NCBI GenBank assembly: GCA_965242695.1 | Contig: CBDESU010000002.1 | Span: 1,408,001 to 1,472,000, forward strand | DNA from: Cenarchaeum sp. | GTDB lineage: Archaea > Thermoproteota > Nitrososphaeria > Nitrososphaerales > Nitrosopumilaceae | Length of the DNA: 64,000 nucleotides | Reading direction: 5' to 3' | Part shown: positions 46,891 to 57,499 of the stretch, in pieces | Layout: every line of letters begins with the position of its first letter | Numbering within the stretch: position 1 is the first letter of the stretch | Program-made: the position numbers and the translations under genes | The notes under the pieces: generated by a model | The model's database searches: none | What the model was told of the DNA's origin: nothing | The model's input: only the letters and a program-made list of their open reading frames with translations

Positions 46891-49800
46891 ATGACCCCCA
46901 GTACGGCCGCAACGTCTGTAGCCGCCCATGTCGAAACAAGGCGTGGGGGGGGGGGGCGGCGGTGCCCGCCGGCAGGCATCTAGGCCGCCGGTAGGCCGCG
47001 TTGCGATCCTTGCACTGGCAGTCGCGGCCGTTGCCGCCTTGGCGCCGTCTGTTCTACTGTCGGAGGACGCGTGGGCCCAGACGGACGAGTCGCTCGGCGA
47101 CTTCGTTGAAAACGGCACGCTTGTACGCACCGACAACGGCAGTAGCACTGGCACCACCTATGTTGAACCTCGTGGCCTTGCCTCCGACGGCAGCGGGCGC
47201 TTGATAGTGGCGGACACTGGTACTGCCGGAGCTAGTAATAGTCATGGGCAACGGGTAGTAGTGTTGGATGACTACACACACAGCTTCACGATAGGTACAT
47301 GGAACGTGAGCGGGTCGGACGAAGGCGTGTTCGACAATCCCGAAGGCGTTACGGTAAACTCGACAGGTCACATATTCGTGGCGGATAGGGACAATGACCG
47401 CATCCAGATATTCGATTCCGACGGCGATTTCGTGGGCATGTTTAACGAGTCTAGCTCTGGGAAAGAGCCTTGGATTGATAGGGATGCGCCTAATGGAATA
47501 GCTGGTAACGACCAGCCGGACTTCATCAAGCCGGTGGGTGTAGCTATCAGTCATGACGAGAAGCTGATCTATGTGACCGACGACAGCCACACAGTGTACT
47601 ATTTCGACGCCAGCACGTTGCAGTATGTCGGCAAGTTTGGTAACCGAGTCGCTATAGGTGGCGATCCCGTCGAAGTTGACACCACTAATGATGATAGGCG
47701 AGAAATTCCGGGGCGATTTAGCGGTACCACGGGCATCGATGTTGGCGCCGGCGGGCTCTTGGCGATTGCCGAAAAAAGCCGGTATATCGTCAACGTGTTC
47801 GATCCTGCGGCCGACAGGACGGTGTTTTTCGTAGGAAAATTGAATGCCAACGGGGAGGTGATTGGCATCGAAGAGTGGTTGCAATTGACGGAAGAGGAGC
47901 AGGACACGGTTGCGTGGAATGGCACTGGGGTGCCTGGCGTCGAAGAGGGACAGTTCGGGGATACATCGGTGACATCGAGCCCTCGAGACGTCGCATTCAA
48001 CAAGGACGGCAGCCTCTTGGCGGTGGCCGACCCGGGCAACAAACGATTCCAAGTATTCCAGCTTGATACCACGAGCGACGGGCGCGCCACCGGCCTGTCT
48101 CACCCCGAAGGCAAGCCTGCATTCGTATTTGACAGTCCGAGTGTCATATATGCGGTGGAGTTTGACTCTGACGACCGCCTTGTCGTTAGCGAGGGAAGTG
48201 CCGGTTTGTTTCCCTTTCCCAGTGTATTGACGGTGTACGACGTGACGCTGCCGGCTGTCAAGAACGTCACGGTCGATGTAGGCGGCTCGAGAGTCCTGTT
48301 GCCAGGCCAGTCGATCGTTGTGACTGTCGGGTTCAACACAGACTTGGTCAGGGTCAACACCACGGGCGGGATGCCATACATGGCGATCGGGCCCGACCGC
48401 AACGCGACGTACGTGCAGTACGATGGCGACACGACGGGCATGCTGAACTTTACGTATACGGTGCGGGATGGCGACACGCCGGACGCCTTTGTCTATAACG
48501 CAAGGACTGCGCTGACCCTGGACGGCTCGACGTTCACTGCGGGGGCAAGGAACGTGACGGTTCTGACCGACCTCTCAAACCTTGTTGACGGTGCAACCCA
48601 TTCGCTCTTGAGGGATACGGGCCTTGATGTGGATGGGCCCGAACTGGTAAGCGTCTACTCGCCGAACGCAAGCGCGGCGGCGTATCAGGCCGGCTCTCGC
48701 ATCGAGATCGTCCTAAACTACTCCGAGCCGGCCTGGATAGTCGGCTCTGCTTCGCCGACGCTGGCCCTTGACGTGGGCGCGGCAGGCGACGCCAAGCGAC
48801 TTGCCGACTATTTCGATGGCAACGGCACGACCAAGCTCGAGTTCAACTACACGGTGCAGGAGGGCGACAACACCGCACCCGGCGGCCTGCGCTACGCCGG
48901 CACGGACGCGCTGGGCCCCGACGGCGTATCCGTCGTGGACGAGGTCGGCAACAAGGCGAACTTGACCCTGCCAGAACCGGCCCCACTCGCCGACGAAACG
49001 GGCAGCGTAGTGGCCGTCGTTGTGGACGCGGTGCCGCCTAGCGTGCATTCCGTCGCACCCGTGTCGGTGAACGGCACGTACCGCAACGGCACATCTGTCG
49101 ACATTGCGGTCAGGTTCAGCGAGGTTGTCAATGTGACGGGCACGGGACTCCCGACTCTGGACCTGTCCACGACCCCTGCCAGAAACGCCACGTACGTGCC
49201 TGGCATGGACGGTAGCGCAAATCTAACGTTCAGGTACATGATACAGGAGGGCGACCTTGCAATCGAGGGCCTGCGATACAGCGGCACGGATGCACTAAAG
49301 GCCAACGGCGCAATGATCGTCGACGCGGCCGGCAACATGGCAAACCTGACCCTGCCTTCCCCTGGCACGCAGCTTGCCGACATCATTGTCAATGCAAGCG
49401 CGATGATGGCCATGCCAAACCAGACGGGCACGGACGGCGGCGGCGAAACGCCGGGCACCGGCAACCAGACGGGCACGGACGGCGGCGGCGAAACGCCGGG
49501 CACCGGCAACCAGACGGGCACGGACGGCGGCGGCGAAACGCCGGGCACCGGCGACGGCGGCACGCCCGGGGGCCAGAACGTCACGACCACCTGCTCGATA
49601 ACCCTCGGCAGGTCCGTCTCCGACATGGACGTCAGGCCGGGCGAGCGCTCGACCGAGGCCTCGCAGACGGTGACGAACTCTGGCACGGCGCCGTTCATGG
49701 CGGTCATGCTAGAGGCGATGCCGTGGTACGTCGACCTCCCTGCCAACACCACCTTGGCCGCCGCGCAGGGGATGGATCCGGCGCCGGCGATGCTGCCGGC

Positions 49801-50008
49801 CTCGCTCACCGAGGTGAGGCTGGGCAACGGCACGGATGCGATGTACATGGCATTGCCGGAAAACGGCACCGCCGTCGTGGTCGGAGCCTTGGCCCCTGGC
49901 GCAGACTATCCGCTGTCGTTCAAGCTGGACCTTACCGGCCAGGCCTCGGCACCGGGCCAGACGATGACGCAGTTCATAGAGTACACGGCAGAGTGCGCCG
50001 CCCCGTAG
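46891..50008 (+). CDS. NHL-repeat surface protein, paralogue 2; G12 tract puts the conserved ATG 46891 out of frame (open frame 46928..50008)
   Basis: Same promoter and first 18 codons nearly identical to paralogue 1; G12 at 46945-46956 versus G11; body is paralogous throughout. Confidence 0.85.
49418..49552 (+). repeat. 45-bp tandem repeat x3 (NQTGTDGGGETPGTG)
   Basis: Exact repeats in the linker region. Confidence 0.9.
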
Positions 50009-50073
50009 CGGCTTGAAAAAAGGCCGGGCGCCTCCGACCAACCATTATTACGGTCGACCCGTCGGGCGCGGCC

Positions 50074-50535
50074 GTGCAGGGCGAAAACCACGCGGGCAGC
50101 ATCATCGTAAGCCTGGCGAGCCTGCCAGACTTTCTGCGCAAGCCGATCCTGTCAAGGCGAGTCGGCGAGTTCTTTGGGATGGCCGAGGCCGAAAAGGCCG
50201 AGATCGTCTCGAACGCGCTAGCCGCCGGCCCGGGCATACCATTCCCAAACTTTGCAAGGCTGCTCAAGACGTGGCTAGAGGTGATGGCCTCGCTGCCCGC
50301 CGAACAGCGCGCCGAGATGTTCGGCAGGTATGCGGCAGAGGCGGCCGCCCGCCCAGACATGCTCGCCGCCTTCCACATAGACGGCATGCTCGCCGTATTC
50401 GACTCGCTCGGCGATGCCGAGCGCGAGGCGATCGCGCGCGATGCGGCCGCCGCCGCGGCCGGCCTAGACGAGGGGATGCGCCGCCGCCTAAGGCTGGTCG
50501 TGCCGGACAGGGCCGCCGAGATGCTCGGGCTGTAG
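50074..50535 (+). CDS. Conserved-looking helical hypothetical protein
   Basis: TTATTA box ~30 nt upstream; 153 aa; LASLPDFLRKPIL..RV.EFF; typical codon bias. Confidence 0.75.
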   Translation: MQGENHAGSIIVSLASLPDFLRKPILSRRVGEFFGMAEAEKAEIVSNALAAGPGIPFPNFARLLKTWLEVMASLPAEQRAEMFGRYAAEAAARPDMLAAFHIDGMLAVFDSLGDAEREAIARDAAAAAAGLDEGMRRRLRLVVPDRAAEMLGL

Positions 50536-50572
50536 CGGCACGCGGTCGCCGCAGCCGGTCCCGAATAGGCCG

Positions 50573-50926
50573 CTACGGGGCCGCCTGCTGGCCGCCGGGA
50601 GGGGGATCGGACCTGCCGGCGCCTCCCTCGGAGCCGCCTCCTCCCGCGCCCGCCCCGGGCTCGTCGGGCCGGCGGTTGTCCTCGTTCGTATAGTCGACGG
50701 CCGTGCCGTCTGGGGCGAGGACGCCGACGAACATCTTTTCGTTCTTGCGCAGCACCTTGCGGTGGTCGGGCATCGACAGGTCTAGGCGCATCTCGTTGAT
50801 CACCATGACCCTGTACTCTTTCCACTCTGCCCAGCACTTTGGGCAGCACGGGTACTTTTCGGCCTGCATGTCCAGCTGCGCGCCGTCGGGTATCTCGGTC
50901 CTGCACTTTGTGCACGCGCGCGCCAA
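50573..50926 (-). CDS. Fe(II)-trafficking / oxidative damage protection protein (YggX-like)
   Basis: CWAEWKEYRVMVINEMRLDLSMPDHRKVL matches the W..W.....MLINE.RL signature; TTG start ~30 nt from TTATTAT. Confidence 0.8.
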   Translation of the reverse strand: MARACTKCRTEIPDGAQLDMQAEKYPCCPKCWAEWKEYRVMVINEMRLDLSMPDHRKVLRKNEKMFVGVLAPDGTAVDYTNEDNRRPDEPGAGAGGGGSEGGAGRSDPPPGGQQAAP

Positions 50927-51077
50927 CGGGCCGGCCGCCGAGCACGGGGATAATAACCTTTTAAGCTGCGGCGGGGCCGGGGACACGTTGGAGCGCGGGG
51001 TGCGGCGGGGCCGGATGCTGCACGGACGGCGCGCGGCGGCGGGGGCCGCGCGGCGCCGCGGAGGATGAGGCTGGGCA

Positions 51078-53762
51078 TTGGCCGCGGCTGCTACCACCAC
51101 GACGCTTGTCGCGCTCATGGCCGCGGCGGCCATGGCCGGCGCACTCGCCGCGGTGATCATACTAGAGGGGGACGAGGGGCCGCCCGCCGCCGGCCCGGCG
51201 GGCGGAGACGCCACATCCGCGGGCGGCGGCGCCGGCGGCCAGGGCGCCGGAACAACGGGAACCGTAGACTTTGCGCAGCGGCCGCAGGATCCCCCGCCGT
51301 CGGAGCAGGATCCCCCGCCGCAGGATCCCACGGCGCGGGAGCCGCCGGTGCAGAAGCCGCCCGTGCGAGCTGGCGACGTGCGGGCCTCGCCGCCGCCCGG
51401 AACGGCCGCGGCCCCTCCCCCGGGCGCGCAGGCCTTTTACACGATGGCAGACCTGGCGGAGTTTGTCGACAGCGGGGCCGCCCACTCTTCCGTGGCGGTC
51501 CTTGCCGCCAGGTTTCCCGTCGGCGGGAGCGTCGTCGACATAATGACGGGCGGGCTGGCCGGGCTGGACGGGGCGCCCTTGGGCATGCGGGAGGATGCGG
51601 GCGAGTGGATGCCGATCCCGGACGGACCGGCCGCGGCGGGGCCGGACGAGGCCGGGATGCGGACGGATGCGCCGATGGCCGCCGAGGACGGAGGGGGATT
51701 TGCGGCCGCCCCGGCGGCAGAGGCCCCCTCCCCCGCCCCGGCCATGGCGCCCCCGCCCTCCCCCGCCCACTCGACGACAAACGTCCAGGTAGAGGGCGTC
51801 GACGAGCCGGACTTTGTAAAGAACGATGCGCGCCACATCTACATCCTTGACGGGGGCGAGCTGACGATAGTCGACGCCCTCCCTGCCGATACCGTCCGGG
51901 TGCTGTCCGGCGGCTCGGCCGGCGAGGTGCGCGACTCGTACCGACCAGAGGACGCCTCGATCGTGTTCCGCGGCCCCGTCGGCCCGCCGCCGGGCGAGCA
52001 CAGGTACGACAACATGTTCCTTGACGGCGACTCGCTCGTCGTGGTGTACGAGGCGCGGCAGTGGGCGTCGGTCCCGATCGACCCGGCGGACCCGTCGCGA
52101 ACGATCGCCGTCCGGCTGCCGTCGACGTACGCGATGTGGGTCGACATTAGCAGCAGGAGCGCGCCCGAGCCGGCCGGCGAGTACTCGGTCGACGGCGAGT
52201 ACCTGACGGCCAGGATGATCGACGGGACCGTATACCTGGTGACGCGGACGGCCCTGGAGCCTGGGCGGGGCCCCCCGGGACTGCCGGGCCTGCGGCATAC
52301 CGCACTCGAGGATGGCGGGCCCGGCGTGCCGTGCCGCGCCCCCTCGGAAGACCCCTCGCCGCAGGCGCCAGAGTGCAGCGCCGCCCCGCTCGTCCCGCCG
52401 GCGCTCTACCTCGCGCCCGTGGAGGAAGAGCCGGCGCTTACGACGGTCTCGGCCCTGCCCTCCCCCGCCGCCGCCGGCGGCGGCGGCCCGGTGAAGCCGG
52501 CAGCCCAGACGTACCTTCTCGGAGGCGCCGGTATAGCGTACGTCTCGCAGAATGCGGCGTACCTTGCCCTGCCGCGGATGGCGCCGGGCGCGGCCGAGGT
52601 GCTCGGCGGCCTGCGCGACACGGGGCTGCTGCGGGCGATGGCCGAGCCGATCGGGGAACGGTGGCGGCAGGAGGCGCTCGCGGCGGCCGCCGATGCGGCA
52701 GCGCCTCCGGCCGCCCGCCTAGAGGCCGTCCTGTCTGCCGTCGAGTCGGGGTACGACGGCATGGAGCCGGCAAAGCGCGCAGCGGACCTGCAGGCCCTCG
52801 AGGAGGAGGCGTGGTCGCGGTACTATGCGGCCGTGCCGGCGGACCCGAGGACTGAAGTGCACAGGATCGAGATCGGCGCGGCGCCCGGCGGCGGGCCTGC
52901 AATCTCGCACGCGGGCGCCGGAACGGTGCGCGGCGAGCCGCTCGACCAGTTCTCTATGGACGAGCACGCCGGCAGGCTGCGCATCGCGACCGAGGTGCGC
53001 GGCGGGATCGGCCCGTCCCATACGGCGGTCCACATCCTGGATGCGGCGACGATGGCAGTCGAGTCTAGCCTCGAGGGGATTGCGCCGGGCGAGTCGATGG
53101 AGTCGGCAAGGTTCGCCGGCGATACGCTGTTTTTGGTGACGTTCCTCCAGGTCGACCCGTTCTTTGTCGTCGACGTGTCGGGGGGCGTCCCGGCGATACT
53201 CGGCGAGCTAAAGGTGCCGGGGTTCTCTACGTACCTGCAGCCGTACGGCCCCGATACGGTCCTCGGCGTCGGGACGTACGTCTCCGAGGGTGTGGACGAG
53301 CCGGGCAGGGACTGGGCCGTAAAGGTCTCGCTGTACGACGTCTCGGACTATGCGAGGCCGCTGCTGGCCGACGAGGCCGTCATCGAGGGGAGCGCGTGGT
53401 CGCCGGCGCAGTCGAGCCACAGGGCCCTGCTCGCCGATGCGGGGCGGGGCGTTGTGGCGTTGCCAGTCGTGTTCGACTGGGGCGGGCCGGGCCCCCCTGG
53501 CGCGCCCGCGTTCGGCATGCAGGGCGATGCGGACGGCGGCGGCTGGACCGGATTCTACGCGTTCAGGACGGATGCGGAGGCAAAGAGCCTGGGCGCGGCG
53601 CATGCCATACGGCACGGGGCCGCCGCCGACGGGGCCCCTCCCGAGGGCAGGTCGCTGTACATTGCGGACTGGCTGTACACCATGTACGACGGCGTGCTGG
53701 CCGTAAGCCACCTGGACGATCCCGGCAGGCTCGTAAAGGCGATCGACCTGGCCGGCCGGTAG
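51078..53762 (+). CDS. Secreted Beta_propel-family beta-propeller protein
   Basis: N-terminal TM; HSTTNVQVEGVDEPDFVKND; LDQFSMDEH.GRLRIAT; ARF.GD.LFLVTF.QVDP; GELKVPGFSTYL. Confidence 0.88.
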   Translation: MAAAATTTTLVALMAAAAMAGALAAVIILEGDEGPPAAGPAGGDATSAGGGAGGQGAGTTGTVDFAQRPQDPPPSEQDPPPQDPTAREPPVQKPPVRAGDVRASPPPGTAAAPPPGAQAFYTMADLAEFVDSGAAHSSVAVLAARFPVGGSVVDIMTGGLAGLDGAPLGMREDAGEWMPIPDGPAAAGPDEAGMRTDAPMAAEDGGGFAAAPAAEAPSPAPAMAPPPSPAHSTTNVQVEGVDEPDFVKNDARHIYILDGGELTIVDALPADTVRVLSGGSAGEVRDSYRPEDASIVFRGPVGPPPGEHRYDNMFLDGDSLVVVYEARQWASVPIDPADPSRTIAVRLPSTYAMWVDISSRSAPEPAGEYSVDGEYLTARMIDGTVYLVTRTALEPGRGPPGLPGLRHTALEDGGPGVPCRAPSEDPSPQAPECSAAPLVPPALYLAPVEEEPALTTVSALPSPAAAGGGGPVKPAAQTYLLGGAGIAYVSQNAAYLALPRMAPGAAEVLGGLRDTGLLRAMAEPIGERWRQEALAAAADAAAPPAARLEAVLSAVESGYDGMEPAKRAADLQALEEEAWSRYYAAVPADPRTEVHRIEIGAAPGGGPAISHAGAGTVRGEPLDQFSMDEHAGRLRIATEVRGGIGPSHTAVHILDAATMAVESSLEGIAPGESMESARFAGDTLFLVTFLQVDPFFVVDVSGGVPAILGELKVPGFSTYLQPYGPDTVLGVGTYVSEGVDEPGRDWAVKVSLYDVSDYARPLLADEAVIEGSAWSPAQSSHRALLADAGRGVVALPVVFDWGGPGPPGAPAFGMQGDADGGGWTGFYAFRTDAEAKSLGAAHAIRHGAAADGAPPEGRSLYIADWLYTMYDGVLAVSHLDDPGRLVKAIDLAGR

Positions 53763-53780
53763 GCTGCGGGGCGATGCACG

Positions 53781-54008
53781 TTGCGCATACGGTGCCCGCG
53801 CTGCAGGGGGGCGGCCGAGCTTGCGGCCGGCTTTGCGTCGGTGCAGTGCGGGGAGTGCGGCCTGGACATGACGTACGGCGAGTACGTCCGGCACGTGGCG
53901 CACCACGACAAGACCTATTCGGACATACTCGGCGACTATGCGGGCTCGACCGAGGGCGAGACGGCCGGCACGCTCGACGAGTGGGACGAGGAGGAAGAAG
54001 ACAAGTGA
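53781..54008 (+). CDS. Small zinc-ribbon protein with acidic tail
   Basis: CPRC...CGEC; 75 aa. Confidence 0.75.
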   Translation: MRIRCPRCRGAAELAAGFASVQCGECGLDMTYGEYVRHVAHHDKTYSDILGDYAGSTEGETAGTLDEWDEEEEDK

Positions 54009-54045
54009 GGAGGGCGGCCCGGCGGCCGCGCCGACGCGGCGCGCA

Positions 54046-54138
54046 CGGCGGCCGCCTGCGGGCCCGCCATGGCCGCGGCGGCCGCCTGCGGGCCCGCCAT
54101 GGCCGCGGCGGCCGCCTGCGGGCCCGCCATGGCCGCGG
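54046..54138. repeat. 30-bp GC-rich intergenic tandem repeat x3
   Basis: cggcggccgcctgcgggcccgccatggccg repeated with no spacers, between convergent genes. Confidence 0.9.
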
Positions 54139-54301
54139 TGGGCCTGCATGTCGCACGCGCGGCGGCCGCCGCCTCGCAGCGCCCGCGTACGTGGACGAGC
54201 GAAGGCGGGTGGCCGGCATGCCACGCCTTCGATCTCCGCCGCGTCCAGGCGGCGCCTCCGCAGCCCGACGCCCATGTCGAATGCCGCAAGGCCCGCGCAG
54301 G

Positions 54302-55420
54302 TCACTCGAACAGAATCCTGCGCGCCAGGCGAAGCCTTTCCCTGACGGAGCCGGCCTCTGCGCTAGCGGCCCCCGCATGCCTGCCAAACTCGGGGTCGGC
54401 GCGCAGCGCCTCGAAGCGCCCGGCGATGTCGCCCGGGCGGGCCGCCTCCCCATTCGTAGCAAACGCCACGAGTACCGAGTCGAGCAGCGGCACCCGCAAC
54501 CGGCCGTCTTGGCCGGTGAATGGCGCCGGCCCCAGCCCCTCGGCCACTGCGCGGCAGGCTGCCGCAAAGCGCCGCCGCTCGGCGTCCAGGTACTCTTCGC
54601 CCGGGTCCCTGTGCGCCCCCATGAAGGCCGAGAGGAACGCCTTCATGGGATGCCCGTACCGATCGCCCTCGTGGAACAGGGCCATGCAGCGCAGCACGAG
54701 CTCCCTGTCCCTCATCAGCGGATCGGGGCCGGGCATGCCGAGCACGTCCCGCCACTCTTCCAGGCCGTTGAGCTCGCCGAGCAGGTCCGAGAGGGGCCCG
54801 TGGTACGCGCAGGCGCGGACCTCCTGCGCGGCGAGCGGCGCGCCCCCCGCGTTGAGGCGCTCGACGACCTCGTACATGCCGGGCCAGTCCGCCGGGTCGT
54901 TGTGGATGATCGTCACTACCCGGAGGGACGCGTCCCTGAGCCTCCTGCCGTCCTCGGCGTCCAGCTCGTCAAACGTCCTGCCGGACAGGGCGCTGCCCTC
55001 GTTGACACCGGATATGCGGAACTCGCGGCCGGCGTGCGGCGTGTTCCCGGGAAACCTTCCCTCAAGGTACGAGAATACCGTCAAGAGGCGCTGCATGCCG
55101 TCGACGACGACGTATGTCCGCTCGTCGGTCGTCGACAGGTATACGGGAGGGACTGGGATCCCGGTCATGAACGAGTCGATCAGCTTTGACGCCCGTGGCA
55201 ATTCCCATGCGTACCCCCGCTCGAGGTTCGGCGCGACGATCTCCCCCCTGCGCCACTTGGCGTGGAGCGTCTCTAGGGCAAAGTCCGTGGGGACGACAAG
55301 CATGTCGTATGCAAGCGGAGTCGGCCCGTCGTCGTCCGCATCGTCGTGCTCTAGGGACAGGGCGGAGGTGGCGGCCTGGACTGCGCGCCGCGCCGGCAGG
55401 TCTGTCCCGATCTGCGCCAT
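54302..55420 (-). CDS. DUF262 (ParB-like / GmrS-type) domain protein
   Basis: ERGYAW, SKLIDSFMTGIPVPPVY, VVDGMQRL, ERLNAGG.PL..QEVR; TTTTAT ~25 nt upstream of ATG 55420. Confidence 0.85.
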   Translation of the reverse strand: MAQIGTDLPARRAVQAATSALSLEHDDADDDGPTPLAYDMLVVPTDFALETLHAKWRRGEIVAPNLERGYAWELPRASKLIDSFMTGIPVPPVYLSTTDERTYVVVDGMQRLLTVFSYLEGRFPGNTPHAGREFRISGVNEGSALSGRTFDELDAEDGRRLRDASLRVVTIIHNDPADWPGMYEVVERLNAGGAPLAAQEVRACAYHGPLSDLLGELNGLEEWRDVLGMPGPDPLMRDRELVLRCMALFHEGDRYGHPMKAFLSAFMGAHRDPGEEYLDAERRRFAAACRAVAEGLGPAPFTGQDGRLRVPLLDSVLVAFATNGEAARPGDIAGRFEALRADPEFGRHAGAASAEAGSVRERLRLARRILFE

Positions 55421-55829
55421 GGGGCCGGGCGCAGGGGGTCGCATAAAAGTCACGGCGCTTCGCCGCGCGGCCTGCCGTCCAAAAGGGATCCCCGCGCGGG
55501 AGGCCACCAAGGGGCAGAGGTTGGACGATCGCGCCTGGCCACCCCGGCGCCCGGGCAGTGCGGGCGCCCCCACCCACTCCTGACGAGTGCCGCTGCGAGT
55601 GCGGGATGGTGGCGGCTGGCAAATCCTCCGCAATAATCCGCGTGGGGGCGGCGCCAAGAATGCAGGCGGCGCCAAGATCAACTGGTCAATAAACTGCCTA
55701 GCCTGCGCGATCGTGGCCGGCTTGGTGCCCGACGGCGAGTGGTACACGGGGCGCGACGGGATCCCTAGCCGGGGCGGCGCGGCTAGCGGCAGCGCCCCGG
55801 CGCCGCGGCCCTGCGCCGCAGCGGCGGTT

Positions 55830-56760
55830 CAGATGCAAGTGCGCAGGGGCTACAGGATGCCCAGCGGCAGGAAGAGGGCGAAGTGCAAGTGCGACCGTCC
55901 AACAGTGCAGGTGTGCGTGCTGCGAGCCCGTTCACCTGCCCCTGCCGGGCCCCCCTCACATAGAGGGGTGCCCCGCGCCGGCGACGGCGCCGCCGCACTC
56001 CATAACGCCGGAAGAGTCCCACAGGGCGATCAAGGCGGAGGCGGGGAAGGATTGCTCCAAGATCCTGCTGTACGCCATAATGGCGGCTCTCTACATGTCG
56101 CCAAAGAGTGTCACGACGAGCCACGCCAACTGCGCCAGGAGGCGGGACGTTCGACGGTGGCAGCGCAGGATGGAAAAGAGGATGGCGGGCTGAGTGCGAG
56201 GGGATACGCGGTTGTGGTCGTGGACAAATAGCACCTTGTCTACGGCACGCGCTCGGGAATAAAGTACTGGCCTCCCGTCGGCGAACGCGTGCGCCAGGTG
56301 ACTACCGACTCCCACAAGAGGGCTCCCGTATTCGGCCTCTTGCCGATGGCGGGAGAAGCATGTTCCGCATGTACGCCAAGGTCGACTCGTACGCGTTTAT
56401 CGCGTTCTTGAAGGGTCTGTCCATCAGGTTTGGCAAGGCGGCGGTTATTACCAGCCGCTATTCGGCCCACAACTTCCACGTGGTCAAAGAATTCATCAAA
56501 AAGAACAGGGCGGAACACCTGGACAGGTATATTAAAATGGTCCGGTTTCTCGTGGGATGCACATTCCTCGATGCGGTTGAAAAGTGATGGAGCTTGCTCA
56601 AGAAGACGGCTGTCGCAGGCAAGCGCCACGCATCGTTTGACGACCTGTGCAAAGCGACAAAAAGATTTTTGAAGGCAACGCGGTTCGCCTACCCCGTTGA
56701 GCAATCACTGTACGCCGACCCGCCACCCGACATGATCAGGGCCAATTGCCGTGGCGCGAC
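55830..56760 (+). pseudogene. IS630-family transposase remnant
   Basis: VDSYAFIAFLK.L..RFGK..VI....AH...VKEFI...FL..C.FLDAVEK*WSLLKK resembles the IS630 DDE C-terminus; several stops and frameshifts; ends not defined. Confidence 0.6.
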
Positions 56761-56904
56761 GGCCTTGGATCACAATATTCGCATCCTATGCCGTCAATGG
56801 ATCACGGTCTGTCTGTACACGCCTTTGCCGGACTTGTTATGGCCCTTGCCGCCTGCGGGGGCATGCATGGGGGGAGGGTCCACCCGAAGGATGACCGGCC
56901 CGAT

Positions 56905-57435
56905 CTACCGGGACGGCCTTTCCCCCAGGATGTCCTGCTTGCCCATCACATAGTCCTGGGCCCTGGTCAGTAGCCCGACCTGAAGTTCCGGCTCGTCCCG
57001 AAACTCGTAGCGCTGGATTTTGGCATCGTCTAGGTCGCACAGCGACAGGTCGGGAACCGAGCTGGCCCCGCCGGCCGCCTGATCAAACACCACGCAGTCA
57101 GCCGCCTTTCGCCTCATCGATGCATCGGCCACGTGTGCAAGCTCCCTGACCAGTCCGAGCCGCTTGCCGGCCCTGGTGAATATGAGAAAGTTCACGTCGG
57201 AATTTTCCAAGTACCTCTTGCTGGCCTCCAGCGCGGTGATGCCGTCGTCCGGGCCGTCCTTGACAAGGCATGCCAAGGCGTAGCCTTCGGCCCTGAGATA
57301 GTCCCGCTGGCGCTCCAAGAAGCTCATTTCGGAGGGTGGATGGTAGGAACCGTACAGTGTGATGCTCATGCGCTCGCGGAGCCCGCGCGCGCGATCCCAC
57401 CTGCGCCAGGGCCGCCCGGTGTGCGGATCGCTCAC
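56905..57435 (-). CDS. TIR / nucleoside-deoxyribosyltransferase-like small alpha/beta domain protein
   Basis: ITLYGSY...RDYLRAEGY...YLENSDVNFLIF...GLVRELAH; GTG 57435 lies 30 nt from minus-strand TTATAT. Confidence 0.6.
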   Translation of the reverse strand: MSDPHTGRPWRRWDRARGLRERMSITLYGSYHPPSEMSFLERQRDYLRAEGYALACLVKDGPDDGITALEASKRYLENSDVNFLIFTRAGKRLGLVRELAHVADASMRRKAADCVVFDQAAGGASSVPDLSLCDLDDAKIQRYEFRDEPELQVGLLTRAQDYVMGKQDILGERPSR

Positions 57436-57499
57436 GCGGCTGTGGGCGCGGCGGAAGGCATATAACGTATAGGTTGGGCGGCCAATACCAGAGTACGCA

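Noticed and set aside
54046-54138. 30-bp repeats as a possible CRISPR array
   Set aside because: Head-to-tail with no spacers; a plain VNTR.
55581-56796. TGACG-N8-TGCGA similarity as IS630 terminal repeats
   Set aside because: Too degenerate and no TA target duplication seen; ends left undefined.
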